Source of the DNA: Thermoanaerobaculia bacterium
Lineage (GTDB): Bacteria; Acidobacteriota; Thermoanaerobaculia; UBA5066
Direction: 5' to 3'
DNA: 64,000 nucleotides
Assembly: GCA_963719225.1 (NCBI GenBank)
Contig: CAVRAY010000001.1
Span: 1,984,001 to 2,048,000, forward strand
Below the pieces are notes generated by a model. The model ran no database searches. It was given only the letters and a program-made list of their open reading frames with translations, and was not told the DNA's origin. Shown here piece by piece: positions 29,104 through 38,920 of this stretch (positions are counted from its first letter, which is position 1; each line of letters opens with the position of its first letter). The translations under genes and the position numbers were made by a program.

Positions 29104-31782
29104 TCATTCTCGTCGAAGCGAGCCTGGCGGGTCGCGCGGAAGCGTGGCCAGGAGGTTCACGAGGGCGTCGTAGTCCAGGGGCTTGACCATGTGTTCGTCG
29201 AACCCCGCTTCCTTGGACTTCCGGCGATCCCCGTCCTGGCCCCACCCGGTCAGCGCCACGAGCACCATGTGCTTGCCCCAGGGCTGGCGCCGGATGCGGC
29301 GGGCCGCCTCGTAGCCGTTCAGCACCGGCAGGCCGATGTCGAGCAAGACGACCTCGGGTCGAAACCGCTCCGCCGCCTCGACGGCTTCGAGGCCGTCGTG
29401 AGCCGACACCGTTTCGTTTCCCGTGACCTCCAGGAGCGTGGCAAGCGACTCGGCGCTGTCTTCATCGTCGTCGACGACGAGGATGCGATGAGGCAGCGCC
29501 GGCCGGTCGAATGAGGCCACCGCCGCTTGATCGGGCAGCGACGTGTCGGTCGGGAGCGGCAGGCGCACGACGAACTCGCTTCCCAGACCCGCCCCGTCGC
29601 TGTGGGCTTCCACCTTTCCCTCGTGCAGCTCCACGAGGCGTTTCACGAGCGTGAGGCCGATGCCGAGCCCGCCTTGCGAGCGCTCCCGCGTCCCGGGCGC
29701 CTGCATGAACATGTCGAAGACGTCAGTCAGAGCGTCGGGCGAGATTCCGATGCCCTCGTCCTTGACGGCGATGACGACGTCGTTTCCCTCGCGGGCGGCC
29801 GTCAACCGAATGGGGCTTCCCGGCTCGGAGTACTTGGAGGCGTTGCTCAGGACGTTGCCGAGGACCTGAGCCAGCCGGACGGGATCCGCAAACAGATGGA
29901 TCGGGTCCGCCGGAAGGGTCACCACGACTTCCTGGCGGCGGCTCTCCATCGCCGGACGACAGAGCTCGACGGCGTCGTTCACGACGCGGGCGAGCTCCAC
30001 GTTCTCCCGGCGCAGCTCCAGGCGGTCGCGGGTGATCCGGCTCACGTCGAGAAGGTCGTCCACGAGCCGCGTCACCTGCGTGAGCTGGCGGTCCATGGTC
30101 GCGCGGGCGCGCAGCAGCACCTCGTCGCCGCCGCCCGTGCGCTTGGCGATCTCCAGCGCGTTCCGGAGCGGAGCGAGCGGACTTCTCAGCTCGTGGGCCA
30201 GCAACGCGAGGAACTCGTCCTTCCGCCGGTCGGCTTCCTTGAGCTCGATGAGGAGCCCGTACATCTGCTTCTCGGAGCGCTTGCGCTCCGTGATGTCGCG
30301 GACGATGCCGGTGAAGAAGAGGCGCTCTCCCAGGCGGAACTCGCTCACGGCGAGCTCCATCGGGAACGTGCTGCCGTCCTTCCGGCGGCCCTCGACTTCG
30401 CGCCCGATTCCGATGATCCTCGGCTGTCGCGTGCGGACGTAGCTCGCGACGTAGCCGTCGTGCTCGGCGTGGTACGGCGCTGGCATGAGCATGTTGACGT
30501 TCTGCCCGATCGTCTCCTTCGCCGGGTACCCGAACAGCCGTTCCGCGGCGCGATTGAAGGTCTGGATGCGGCCGCGGTCGTCGATCGTGATGATCCCGTC
30601 CACGACGTTGTCGACGATCGACCGCGTGCGCTCCTCGGCGTCGGCGAGCCGGTCGACCCGCGTCCTTCGGTCCTCCTCTTCGCGCTTTCGGGCCGAGATG
30701 TCCCGGAAGACGAGGACGACGCCGGCAACGCGCCCGATCTGATCGCGGATCGGTGCGGCGCTATCGTCGATCGGCCATTCCTGCCCGGTTTTGGAGATGA
30801 GGATGGTGTGATTCGCAAGGCCGACGACCTGTCCCTTTTCGAGCGCGCGCAGGACCGGGTTCCCGGCGGGCTCCCCGGTTTTCTCGTTGACGATGCGGAA
30901 GACCGTTTCCAAAGGCAGCCCTCGGGCTTCGTCCTCCGTCCATCCGGTCAGGGTCGCCGCCACGGAGTTCAGGAACGTGACTCGCGCCTGGGTGTCCGTC
31001 GCGATCACGGCGTCTCCGATGCTCGTCAACGTCGTCCTGAACCATTCCCGCTGCTCGTGAAGCGCGGCCGCGGCCCGCTGGCGCGCGCCCAGATGTCCCC
31101 GCAGGATCCCGACGAAGCCGGCGAGCGCGGCCAGCCCGAGGAGAGCGGTGGCGACGACGCTCAGGAGCGACGTCTTGTAGCCGCGCTCGCTGGCGTCCCT
31201 GCGTTCCCTCAGCAACGCCCGCTCGTCCGTCTCCATCGCGGCGATGAACGCACGGATCGCGTCCATCCGGCTCGTTCCGAGATGAGTCAGCACCTCGTTT
31301 TGCGCGGCCTCGAGGCCTGCTTTTTTCAGCAGAGCGATCGTGCGGGCAAGCTCGTCCAGCTTCTCGCGGACGAGCACACGAAGCCGCGGGATCCGCGCCG
31401 CCTGCCGGGGGTCGCCGGCGGTCAGGCGCTCGACCGTCGCGAGGCGCTCTTCGACGACGCCAATGGCGTGGCGATACGGCTCGAGATAGCGCTCGTCACC
31501 GGTGATGAGGAAGCCGCGCTCGCCGGTCTCGGCGTCCTTCATCGTGGAGAGAAGGCCGTCGAGCGCGCCCAGAACTTCGTTCGTGTGGGCGACCAGGGCG
31601 GTATCGCTGCGTAGCTGCCGCGTGTTGCGTAACGAGACGCCAGCGACGACCACCATCAGGAGGGCGACGATCCCGAGGCCGGCGATCAGCCACTTGTCGA
31701 ACCTCGGGCTCCCCGGCGTGTCCGCAGGGGAGGGACTCTGGGGCGTAAAGATACGCCCACCTGAGGTGCGACCCAGTCGCAT
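29104..31782 (-). CDS. CHASE3-PAS-PAS hybrid histidine kinase with receiver domain
   Basis: DAETGERGFLITG (CHASE3), FixL-like PAS (HAEHDGY..IIGIGREV), AHELRSPL, GGLGIGL, REC. Confidence 0.93.
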   Translation of the reverse strand: MRLGRTSGGRIFTPQSPSPADTPGSPRFDKWLIAGLGIVALLMVVVAGVSLRNTRQLRSDTALVAHTNEVLGALDGLLSTMKDAETGERGFLITGDERYLEPYRHAIGVVEERLATVERLTAGDPRQAARIPRLRVLVREKLDELARTIALLKKAGLEAAQNEVLTHLGTSRMDAIRAFIAAMETDERALLRERRDASERGYKTSLLSVVATALLGLAALAGFVGILRGHLGARQRAAAALHEQREWFRTTLTSIGDAVIATDTQARVTFLNSVAATLTGWTEDEARGLPLETVFRIVNEKTGEPAGNPVLRALEKGQVVGLANHTILISKTGQEWPIDDSAAPIRDQIGRVAGVVLVFRDISARKREEEDRRTRVDRLADAEERTRSIVDNVVDGIITIDDRGRIQTFNRAAERLFGYPAKETIGQNVNMLMPAPYHAEHDGYVASYVRTRQPRIIGIGREVEGRRKDGSTFPMELAVSEFRLGERLFFTGIVRDITERKRSEKQMYGLLIELKEADRRKDEFLALLAHELRSPLAPLRNALEIAKRTGGGDEVLLRARATMDRQLTQVTRLVDDLLDVSRITRDRLELRRENVELARVVNDAVELCRPAMESRRQEVVVTLPADPIHLFADPVRLAQVLGNVLSNASKYSEPGSPIRLTAAREGNDVVIAVKDEGIGISPDALTDVFDMFMQAPGTRERSQGGLGIGLTLVKRLVELHEGKVEAHSDGAGLGSEFVVRLPLPTDTSLPDQAAVASFDRPALPHRILVVDDDEDSAESLATLLEVTGNETVSAHDGLEAVEAAERFRPEVVLLDIGLPVLNGYEAARRIRRQPWGKHMVLVALTGWGQDGDRRKSKEAGFDEHMVKPLDYDALVNLLATLPRDPPGSLRRE

Positions 31783-31893
31783 TTGTAAGAAGACGATATC
31801 ACCCGTGGCAACGCCGTGGTCCGGACTTTGCTCACTATCGGCGGGTCGCGTGCAAATCGGAAAGGAGTTCTCGCAGGAGAAAGGAGGGCACCG

Positions 31894-32111
31894 ATGTACG
31901 ACACAGGGCTCGTCTACATTCGCCTTCGTCGCGCCGCGCTCTGCTGTGAAGAGAGCTGTGAAGCTCTTTTCGAGCTGGGCGGACGTGAGGCTCTCGTCGA
32001 CCTGCCGTGTCCCGGCTGCGGGGAACGGCGTGGGTGCCCCTCACGTCCTTCGTGATGCCCATCGGCCTCGCCGAGGAGCGCGTCGAACCTCCGTTCCCGC
32101 GGCAGATCTGA
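31894..32111 (+). CDS. Small Cys-rich putative zinc-ribbon protein, probably split by a 1-nt frameshift near 32020-32023
   Basis: Strong RBS AAGGAGG; CCEESC...CPGCG; annotated frame stops at 32055, but the alternative frame continues GC3-rich TAWVPLTSFV... to TGA 32111. Confidence 0.55.
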
Positions 32112-32156
32112 AGTTTCAGCGGCTGGCCTCGTCCTCGCGCGGCGCGGATCGGAGGA

Positions 32157-32549
32157 CTACGTTTTAGGGGCGCTCCCGCCCGTCGTCACGGTGCGCACCC
32201 GCGCCAGGACGCCGTCGAAGTTGAGCGGCTTGCGGAAGAACCCGAGGTCCCCTTCCCGGAGTGGAGCGCGGTCTTCCTCAACGATGCCCGACATGATCGC
32301 AAGCGGGATCGCGGCGAGGTCCGCGTCCCGCGAAAGACCTTCGACCACCCCCCAGCCGTTCAACCCCGGCATGTCGAGGTCGAGGAGGATGACGAGCGGC
32401 CTGAGCCCCCGGTTCAGGAGCGAGAGCGCCTCGAGACCGTTCGAGGCCGCGAGCGCCGAGAAGCCCTCCATTCGGAAAAGCTCGACAAGTCCCTCGCCCA
32501 GGGCGCGGTCGTCGTCCACGACGAGGACATCGCATTCCTGTTCCGTCAC
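32157..32549 (-). CDS. Single-domain response regulator
   Basis: VLVVDDD, LLDLDMPGLNG, FRKP; GTG overlaps the upstream stop. Confidence 0.88.
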   Translation of the reverse strand: MTEQECDVLVVDDDRALGEGLVELFRMEGFSALAASNGLEALSLLNRGLRPLVILLDLDMPGLNGWGVVEGLSRDADLAAIPLAIMSGIVEEDRAPLREGDLGFFRKPLNFDGVLARVRTVTTGGSAPKT

Positions 32550-33196
32550 GGCCTGCCTTTCGTCCGGAGACGCGCCGCGACAGCCGCGAGATCCTTCAGG
32601 AGCCGCTTCCTGCCGGCGAGGCGAGACTCGTCGTCGGGGGCGCGAAGGACGGCCGCGGGATGCAGAGTCACGAGCACGAAGGGCGCGAACGGCGCCTCGA
32701 CGACCCGGCCCGCTTCGCGCCCGATGCGCACGCTCGGCCCAAGCAGCGCCTGCGCCGCCGTCGCACCGAGCAGGACGACCGCCTCGGGGCGGATCGCCTG
32801 GAGCTCGGCGTCCAGCCATGGCCGGCAGGCGGCGATCTCGCGCGCATTCGGCTTCTTGTGGATGCGGGCTTTCCCGCGCGGCTCCCACTTGAAGTGCTTC
32901 ACGGCATTGGTGACGTAGACGCTGCGGCGGTCCAGCCCCGCTTCCTCCATCACTTCGTCGAGCAGCGCGCCGGCCGGCCCGACGAAAGGCGCCCCTTCCA
33001 GATCTTCCTTGTCGCCCGGCTGCTCGCCCACGAGGATGACGCCCGCGGACGCGGGCCCCGCTCCGAAGACGGTCTGGGTGGCGTTCGCCCAGAGAGGGCA
33101 TGCCCGACACGATCGCGCCTCCGCGGCGAGCTCGCGCACGGAACGCGACGCGGGCGCGGCTCGCTCCGGAAAAAGCTCCCTCTGTGATCCGGGCAC
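32546..33196 (-). CDS. udgX: UdgX-like family-4 uracil-DNA glycosylase
   Basis: CRACPLW, GEQPGDKED, TNAVKHFKW..GKARIHKKP (R-loop), HPAA; start uncertain. Confidence 0.85.
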   Translation of the reverse strand: MPGSQRELFPERAAPASRSVRELAAEARSCRACPLWANATQTVFGAGPASAGVILVGEQPGDKEDLEGAPFVGPAGALLDEVMEEAGLDRRSVYVTNAVKHFKWEPRGKARIHKKPNAREIAACRPWLDAELQAIRPEAVVLLGATAAQALLGPSVRIGREAGRVVEAPFAPFVLVTLHPAAVLRAPDDESRLAGRKRLLKDLAAVAARLRTKGRP

Positions 33197-33397
33197 GGGC
33201 CGACGCACGCAAGCGGCCTGCCGGCCGATCCGTGTAACCCTTCCATTCGGCAGCCTGTAACCCATTCCAAATGGCGCGGGGAGGGTTCGCAACAGTCGCC
33301 AGCCGCCTCTTAGCCGGCCGATGCGACCGTGGCCCACTCATTGCTGGTTCCAGATGGGCAGGTTCGGTCGTCGAGGCTGCACGAAGGGTTGGAGGGA

Positions 33398-34087
33398 ATG
33401 TCCGCGAAAGGAGCCAGGGTCGCCAGGGAAATCCGCTCGAGCGGGGTCCGGATCCCGTCGGGCGGCGTGACGCTGGAAGGAGACCTTGCTCTTCCGGACG
33501 GCGCGACAGGCGTCGTCCTTTTTGCCCATGGGAGCGGCAGCAGCCGCCACAGCTCGCGAAACCAGCTCCTCGCGCGCTCCCTGGAAAACCTCGGCCTCGG
33601 GACGTTGCTCTTCGACCTCCTGACCCCCGAAGAGGAGTCCGTCGACCTCATCACCCGCCATCTCCGGTTCGACATCGGTCTGCTCGCCGATAGGCTGGTC
33701 CACGCGACGAGATGGCTCGTGAGGCAACCGGAAACAGCCTCGCTCGGAATCGGCTTTTTCGGAGCGAGCACCGGCGGCGGCGCGGCTCTCGTCGCGGCGG
33801 CGGAGCTCCGCGAGCGCGTCGGCGCCGTCGTCTCCAGGGGAGGCCGCCCCGATCTGGCCGGCGAAGCGCTCGAGGGCGTGAGGTCTCCGACCCTGCTCAT
33901 CGTCGGGGGCCTGGACGACGTCGTCCTCGAGCTGAACCGGATGGCCTACGAGAGGCTCGCCTGCGAGAAAGCCATCGAGATCGTGCCGGGTGCGACGCAT
34001 CTCTTCGAGGAGCCGGGAGCGTTGGAGGACGTGGCACGCCGCGCAGGAGCCTGGTTCGGGCGGTACCTCCGGACGGTCGGACGATAG
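33398..34087 (+). CDS. Dienelactone hydrolase-family alpha/beta hydrolase
   Basis: FAHGSGSSRHS, FGASTGGGAAL, SRGGRPDLA, PGATHLFEEPG; RBS GGAGG. Confidence 0.9.
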   Translation: MSAKGARVAREIRSSGVRIPSGGVTLEGDLALPDGATGVVLFAHGSGSSRHSSRNQLLARSLENLGLGTLLFDLLTPEEESVDLITRHLRFDIGLLADRLVHATRWLVRQPETASLGIGFFGASTGGGAALVAAAELRERVGAVVSRGGRPDLAGEALEGVRSPTLLIVGGLDDVVLELNRMAYERLACEKAIEIVPGATHLFEEPGALEDVARRAGAWFGRYLRTVGR

Positions 34088-34091
34088 GGGG

Positions 34092-34778
34092 ATGTGCATG
34101 TTGTTCGAGAACCGCGCTGAAGGCGGACGGGCGCTCGCCGCGAGGCTCCGGCATTACGCGGGCAGGAGCGACGTCTTGGTGCTCGCCCTTCCGCGCGGAG
34201 GAGTTCCGGTCGGATACGAAGTCGCGCGTGCCCTCGACGCTCCGCTCGACGTCTTCCTGGTGAGAAAGCTCGGGGTCCCGGGCCACGAGGAATACGCGAT
34301 GGGAGCGATCGCGAGCGGGGGAGTCCGCTTCCTCGACGACGAGGTCGTCAGGCAGCTCGGCATCTCTCCTCTCGCCGTCGAGCGCGTAGCCCAGGCCGAG
34401 CAGCTCGAGCTCGAGCGCCGCGAGCGGGCCTATCGCGGCTCGAAGCCTGAGCCGGCGGTGGAGGGACGAACGGTCATCCTCGTCGACGACGGGCTCGCCA
34501 CCGGATCCACGATGCGCGCCGCCGTCGAGGCTCTTCGGCGCCAGAAGCCGAAGAGCCTCGTCATCGGCGCCCCCGTCGGCGCTCCGGAGACGTGCGCGGA
34601 GCTGGCGAGCGAGGTGGACGAGATCGTCTGTGCCGAGACCCCGCGCCCGTTTCGGGCGGTCGGACTGTGGTACCGAAGCTTCCCGCAAACGACGGACGAG
34701 GAGGTTCACGAGCTCCTCGCCCGGGCGCAGGACGACTGGCGGAAACCTTGCTACGAATCTGCCGGGAGGATGCCGTGA
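34092..34778 (+). CDS. Phosphoribosyltransferase family protein
   Basis: LALPRGGVPV, VRKLGVPGHEE, ILVDDGLATGSTM. Confidence 0.92.
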   Translation: MCMLFENRAEGGRALAARLRHYAGRSDVLVLALPRGGVPVGYEVARALDAPLDVFLVRKLGVPGHEEYAMGAIASGGVRFLDDEVVRQLGISPLAVERVAQAEQLELERRERAYRGSKPEPAVEGRTVILVDDGLATGSTMRAAVEALRRQKPKSLVIGAPVGAPETCAELASEVDEIVCAETPRPFRAVGLWYRSFPQTTDEEVHELLARAQDDWRKPCYESAGRMP

Positions 34779-35020
34779 AGAAAGAGCTCGTCGCCGTGAA
34801 GAAAGTGGACCTTTCTCTTCCTCAATTTGGTTTCGTCGTCGCGACACGGGCCGCTCTTGGCGCCGGGATCGGCCTCCTGGCGGCGGACAAGCTCCGCCAA
34901 CGGAATCGCCATCGGCTGGGTGCCGCATTGGTGGCCGTTGGAATCCTGACGACGATCCCGGCCATGTTCCTGCTCTTCGGTCAGCACTCCCGCGCGGGCT
35001 CCGAAGAGGCCGCGCTCTGA
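34775..35020 (+). CDS. Small hypothetical membrane protein
   Basis: GTGA overlap; ATRAALGAGIGLL and LVAVGILTTIP hydrophobic segments. Confidence 0.7.
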   Translation: MKKELVAVKKVDLSLPQFGFVVATRAALGAGIGLLAADKLRQRNRHRLGAALVAVGILTTIPAMFLLFGQHSRAGSEEAAL

Positions 35021-35808
35021 CCGGCGTCACCGGTCTCGCCGGGAGGCTGCTCGTCTGCGGCGGCTTGCTCATTTCGCCGCGCGGAGCGTTCGCGGAGCCC
35101 GTGGCGGTGCGTTATCCGGAAGGCCTCGTCCACGGGTTCCTCTCTCTGAGTAACCTCGATGGGAGCAAGCTCGCCGATGGCGAGCTGATCCAATTCAGCA
35201 AGGGCAACCGGGTCACGAGCCGTCTCGTCTTTCGCTTCAAGGACGGTTCGCTGCACGACGAGACCGTCGTGTTTTCCCAGCGCGGACGATTCCGGATGCT
35301 GCACGATCACCTCGTCCAGAAGGGGCCCGCCTTTCCGCATCCGTTGGAAGCCGAGATCGACGGCACGAGAGGCGAGGTCGAGATCCGGTATCGAGACGAG
35401 GATGGAAAGGAAAAGCTCGTCGCGAAACACTTCGATCTGCCCCCGGACGTCGCCAACGGCCTGATCCTCACGCTCATGAAGAACATTTCGCCGGACGCGC
35501 CGCGCACGACGATCTCGATGGTCGCGGCAGCCGCCAAACCCCGCGTCGTCACGCTCGTCGTCACGCCGATGGGGGAGGAGCCGTTCGCGACCGGAGGCAC
35601 CGAGCGCAAGGCCATGCACTACCTCGTCAAGGTCGAGATCGGCGGCATCGCCGGTGTCGTGGCTCCCCTCGTGGGCAAGCAGCCCCCCGACTCCCACGTC
35701 TGGGTTCTGGAGGGGGAAGCGCCCGCCTTCGTGAAATCGGAAGGCCCTCTTGCCATGGATGGCGATTCCTGGCGCATCGAGCTCGTCAGTCCGGTCTGGC
35801 CGAGGTGA
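35017..35808 (+). CDS. Hypothetical secreted protein
   Basis: Signal-peptide-like start then EGLVHGFL...GKQPPDSHVW...FVKSEGP; start uncertain. Confidence 0.7.
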   Translation: MTGVTGLAGRLLVCGGLLISPRGAFAEPVAVRYPEGLVHGFLSLSNLDGSKLADGELIQFSKGNRVTSRLVFRFKDGSLHDETVVFSQRGRFRMLHDHLVQKGPAFPHPLEAEIDGTRGEVEIRYRDEDGKEKLVAKHFDLPPDVANGLILTLMKNISPDAPRTTISMVAAAAKPRVVTLVVTPMGEEPFATGGTERKAMHYLVKVEIGGIAGVVAPLVGKQPPDSHVWVLEGEAPAFVKSEGPLAMDGDSWRIELVSPVWPR

Positions 35809-35842
35809 GGACAGCCGTCCGTCCGGCGCGTTCCGCCCACCT

Positions 35843-38386
35843 TTACGTCGTTCCGTGCTCTTGGTGAAAGCCCTTCTCGCAATCCGGACAGATGCCGTGC
35901 GTGAACTCCGCCTCCGAGTGATCGCGGATGTAGGCCTCGATCTGCTTCCAGTAGCCGGCGTCGTCCCGGACCTTCTTGCACCAGGCGCAGATGGGCAGGA
36001 GACCGCTCAGGATGCGCACGCGCGCGATCTCCTCGGCGACGCGCCGTTTCAGCTCCTCCTCCCGCAGGCGGAGGCTCCGAACGCGCACCTGGAAGATCGC
36101 GATTGCCGCAAGGGCGACGAGGCCGAAGGCGAGAATCGAGAACCAGAGCGTCTGCCAGAAGAAGGGCCGCACCGAGAAAGGAAGCGTCGCGCCGGTCTGG
36201 TTCCAGACCCCGTCGCTGTTGCTCGCGATGACCCGGAAGACGTAGCGGCCTGGCCTCAAGCTCGTGTAGTAGGCGGCGCGGCGCGGACCCGCGTCCACCC
36301 AGTCGGAGTCGACCCCCTCGAGGCGGTACTTGAAGCGCATCCTTTCGGGAGAAACGAAGGAGAGCGCTGCGTAGTCGAGCTCGATCGACCGGCTGCCGGG
36401 CGCGAATGCCTGTCCCGCCCCGGCGCCGAGGTCGCGGCCGTCCACGATGACCCTTTCGAATGCCACGGGCGGCAACTCGCGATTGACGCGGATCGCCTTC
36501 GGATCGACGACGGCGACGCCGCGGATCGTCGCAAACCACAGCCGGCCGTCGCGGCCTCGCCAGGCCGACGGCTGAAAACCGCCGTTGCATTCTGCCGATT
36601 TCATTCCGTCCGCTTCGCCGTACGCCGCCGAGGTCACGGCTGCTCTCTTCCCGGCGAAGAACTCCTCGAGTTCCTGCCGCGCGACCCGGAAGATGCCGCG
36701 GTTGCAGCTCATCCAGAGACTGCCGGCACCGTCGTCGAGGATTGCGAAGACGACGTCGTCGTAGAGGCCCTGCCGCGCCGTCACGGGGGAAGCTCGCCCG
36801 TCGCGCATCCGGAGGAGGCCGCCTCCCGACGTTCCGATCCAGAGGGTTCCGTCCGGATCCGATTTGAGCGCCCGGACCGCGTAGGACACGCCTTCCCCTT
36901 CTCGAAACGCCCGGAACGCGCCGTTTCGAAAGCGCGACAGCCCTGTCGTCGTCCCGATCCATAGCGCGCCGTCACGGTCCTCGCAAAGGTCCACGACGGT
37001 GTCCCCCGCGAGGCCATCCGCAGTCGAGTAGGCCGTGACGCGACCCTGATCGAGCCGATCGAGACCACCGCCGCTGGTCCCGATCCAGAGAGCGCCGCTC
37101 CGGTCCTCCAGCAGTACGCGGATCAGATTCGAGGAGAGCCCGTCCTCCTTCGCGTAGACCCGCACGTGTCCGTCCTTCAGGCGCGCGATTCCGCCACCGG
37201 AAGTCCCGACCCACAGACCGCCATCCCGCGCCTGCGTCAGAGCCGAAACCGAGTCGTGGGGCAGCCCGTCGCGCGTGGTCAACGCCGACATGCGGCCGTC
37301 CTTCAGCCGGTTCAGACCGCCACCGCGTGTCCCGACCCAGACCGCCCCCTGAGGATCCTCGAACACGGCATGAACGAACTCCTTCGTCAGGCCGTCGCGT
37401 TTTCCGTACGTCACGATCGGCGCGTCGCGCAAGCGCAGCAGGCCGTCACCGTCGGTTCCGATCCAGAGGCCGCCTTCGTGATCTTCGAGAATGCAGACTA
37501 CGACCACGCCGTGCGGAGGCCCGTCGGACGCGTCGAAGGAATCCACGGCGCCGCTTCGAACGCGTGTCAGTCCCCGGCCTGTCCCGGTCCAGATCGTTCC
37601 GCCTCGGTCCTGGCGCAGCGCATTGATGCTGGAGAACTCCTTGCTCTTCGTGACTGCGATCGCTCGGCCCTCGGACAGGCGGGCGAGGCCGCCGGTCGTC
37701 GCCACCCAGACTTGGCCGTTGCTCTCCTCGAGGATGTCGTTCACGCGGTTCGCGGGCAGACCCTCGCGGGCCGTCGTCTGCGAGACGACGCGTCCTTCCC
37801 GCACGCGCGCCAGCCCCGCATCGGTGCCGATCCAGAGTGAGCCGTCGCGCGAACGGCAAAGAGCCGTCACCATGTCCCCGGGAAGTCGTTCCTGGCGGGT
37901 GAGGCGGGAAACGAACCGCTCGTCCTTCCAGCACGCGAGCCCGCCGCGTTGTGTTCCGATCCAAAGCGATCCGTCAGGCTCCGCGTAAAGGGCCAGGATC
38001 GTCTCGTTCGGCAGCCCGTCGGCGACGCCATACGCCGTGAAGTCGTCCCCCCTCTTCCGGAGGAGACCATCCACGGTTCCGATCCAGAGGCTGCCGTCGA
38101 TTCCTTCGGCAAGCGCCTCGATCCTGTTTTGCCGAAACGCGGGCGTGTTGCGCGTGCTGTAGACGGTGAAGCGCACGCCGTCGAAGCGCACGAGCCCTTC
38201 CTCGGTACCCATCCACAGATAGCCGTTGCGGGTCTGGAGGAGCGCCTGGACGGAATTCTGGGGCAGGCCCTCCCGCGTGCCCCACGCATCGAGACCGAAC
38301 TGGGCGATCGACTTCGACGGATCGAGAGCCTGCAGTCTCGTCGAGAAGACGAGGAGCGCAATGACCAGCGGGATCTTGCGATTCAT
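35843..38386 (-). CDS. Two-component regulator propeller / Y_Y_Y sensor with a short Cys-rich cytoplasmic tail (no kinase)
   Basis: Repeated GLP.N.V..D..G.LWIGT..GL; YYTSLRPGRYVFRV; TM; LPICAWCKK...HGICPDC. Confidence 0.88.
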   Translation of the reverse strand: MNRKIPLVIALLVFSTRLQALDPSKSIAQFGLDAWGTREGLPQNSVQALLQTRNGYLWMGTEEGLVRFDGVRFTVYSTRNTPAFRQNRIEALAEGIDGSLWIGTVDGLLRKRGDDFTAYGVADGLPNETILALYAEPDGSLWIGTQRGGLACWKDERFVSRLTRQERLPGDMVTALCRSRDGSLWIGTDAGLARVREGRVVSQTTAREGLPANRVNDILEESNGQVWVATTGGLARLSEGRAIAVTKSKEFSSINALRQDRGGTIWTGTGRGLTRVRSGAVDSFDASDGPPHGVVVVCILEDHEGGLWIGTDGDGLLRLRDAPIVTYGKRDGLTKEFVHAVFEDPQGAVWVGTRGGGLNRLKDGRMSALTTRDGLPHDSVSALTQARDGGLWVGTSGGGIARLKDGHVRVYAKEDGLSSNLIRVLLEDRSGALWIGTSGGGLDRLDQGRVTAYSTADGLAGDTVVDLCEDRDGALWIGTTTGLSRFRNGAFRAFREGEGVSYAVRALKSDPDGTLWIGTSGGGLLRMRDGRASPVTARQGLYDDVVFAILDDGAGSLWMSCNRGIFRVARQELEEFFAGKRAAVTSAAYGEADGMKSAECNGGFQPSAWRGRDGRLWFATIRGVAVVDPKAIRVNRELPPVAFERVIVDGRDLGAGAGQAFAPGSRSIELDYAALSFVSPERMRFKYRLEGVDSDWVDAGPRRAAYYTSLRPGRYVFRVIASNSDGVWNQTGATLPFSVRPFFWQTLWFSILAFGLVALAAIAIFQVRVRSLRLREEELKRRVAEEIARVRILSGLLPICAWCKKVRDDAGYWKQIEAYIRDHSEAEFTHGICPDCEKGFHQEHGTT

Positions 38387-38435
38387 GGGGGTGCGTCCGC
38401 GCCCAGTGTAGGCGCGTTCGACGCGGGAGGACGGT

Positions 38436-38774
38436 TCAGGCGGAGGCTTCCTGTCCTCTCACGCCGAGCCTTGCGGGCAGCACGCGAGCGGAGCAGGCGC
38501 CCGGCGAACCCGCGAGCTGGGAACGGCACGCCTGGTCGCAACCTTGCTTTGCAGGCCAGCGCGAGCAGGACTTCAAGCGCAGCTCGTTGCCGCCGGTGAT
38601 GCGGCTGGCGATCGCGTGCGCGACTTGAATCCTTACCTGGACGGATTCTTCGGTCTCCGGACAGGTGATCTCTCGGAGGCCTCCGAAAACACGATACGCG
38701 CGAACACCGGCGGCGGCCGCGGGGACTGAGAACGCAAACGAAGCGGTGGCGACGATCGTCGAGGCGGCGTCCAT
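38436..38774 (-). CDS. Small Cys-rich membrane-anchored hypothetical protein
   Basis: RBS GGAGGA; ITCPET...CSRWP..CDQAC pattern. Confidence 0.7.
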   Translation of the reverse strand: MDAASTIVATASFAFSVPAAAAGVRAYRVFGGLREITCPETEESVQVRIQVAHAIASRITGGNELRLKSCSRWPAKQGCDQACRSQLAGSPGACSARVLPARLGVRGQEASA

Positions 38775-38804
38775 AGGTTCGAGTTCCTCCTGAACCCGTG
38801 TCCT

Positions 38805-38820
38805 AGCAATTCGCGTTCCG
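38805..38820 (-). promoter_or_regulatory. Putative sigma-54 (-24/-12) promoter
   Basis: Minus strand CGGAACGCGAATTGCT = GG-N10-GC with TTGCT, about 30 bp before ATG 38774. Confidence 0.55.
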
Positions 38821-38920
38821 CGCCGGACAGACAGCGAAACACTTACCCACAAAGGCCCCGCAGCATTCGAGTGCGAACGGAGTGTGCCTCTTTACGCCTC
38901 GTCGCTGTGTCCTGCGTGTG

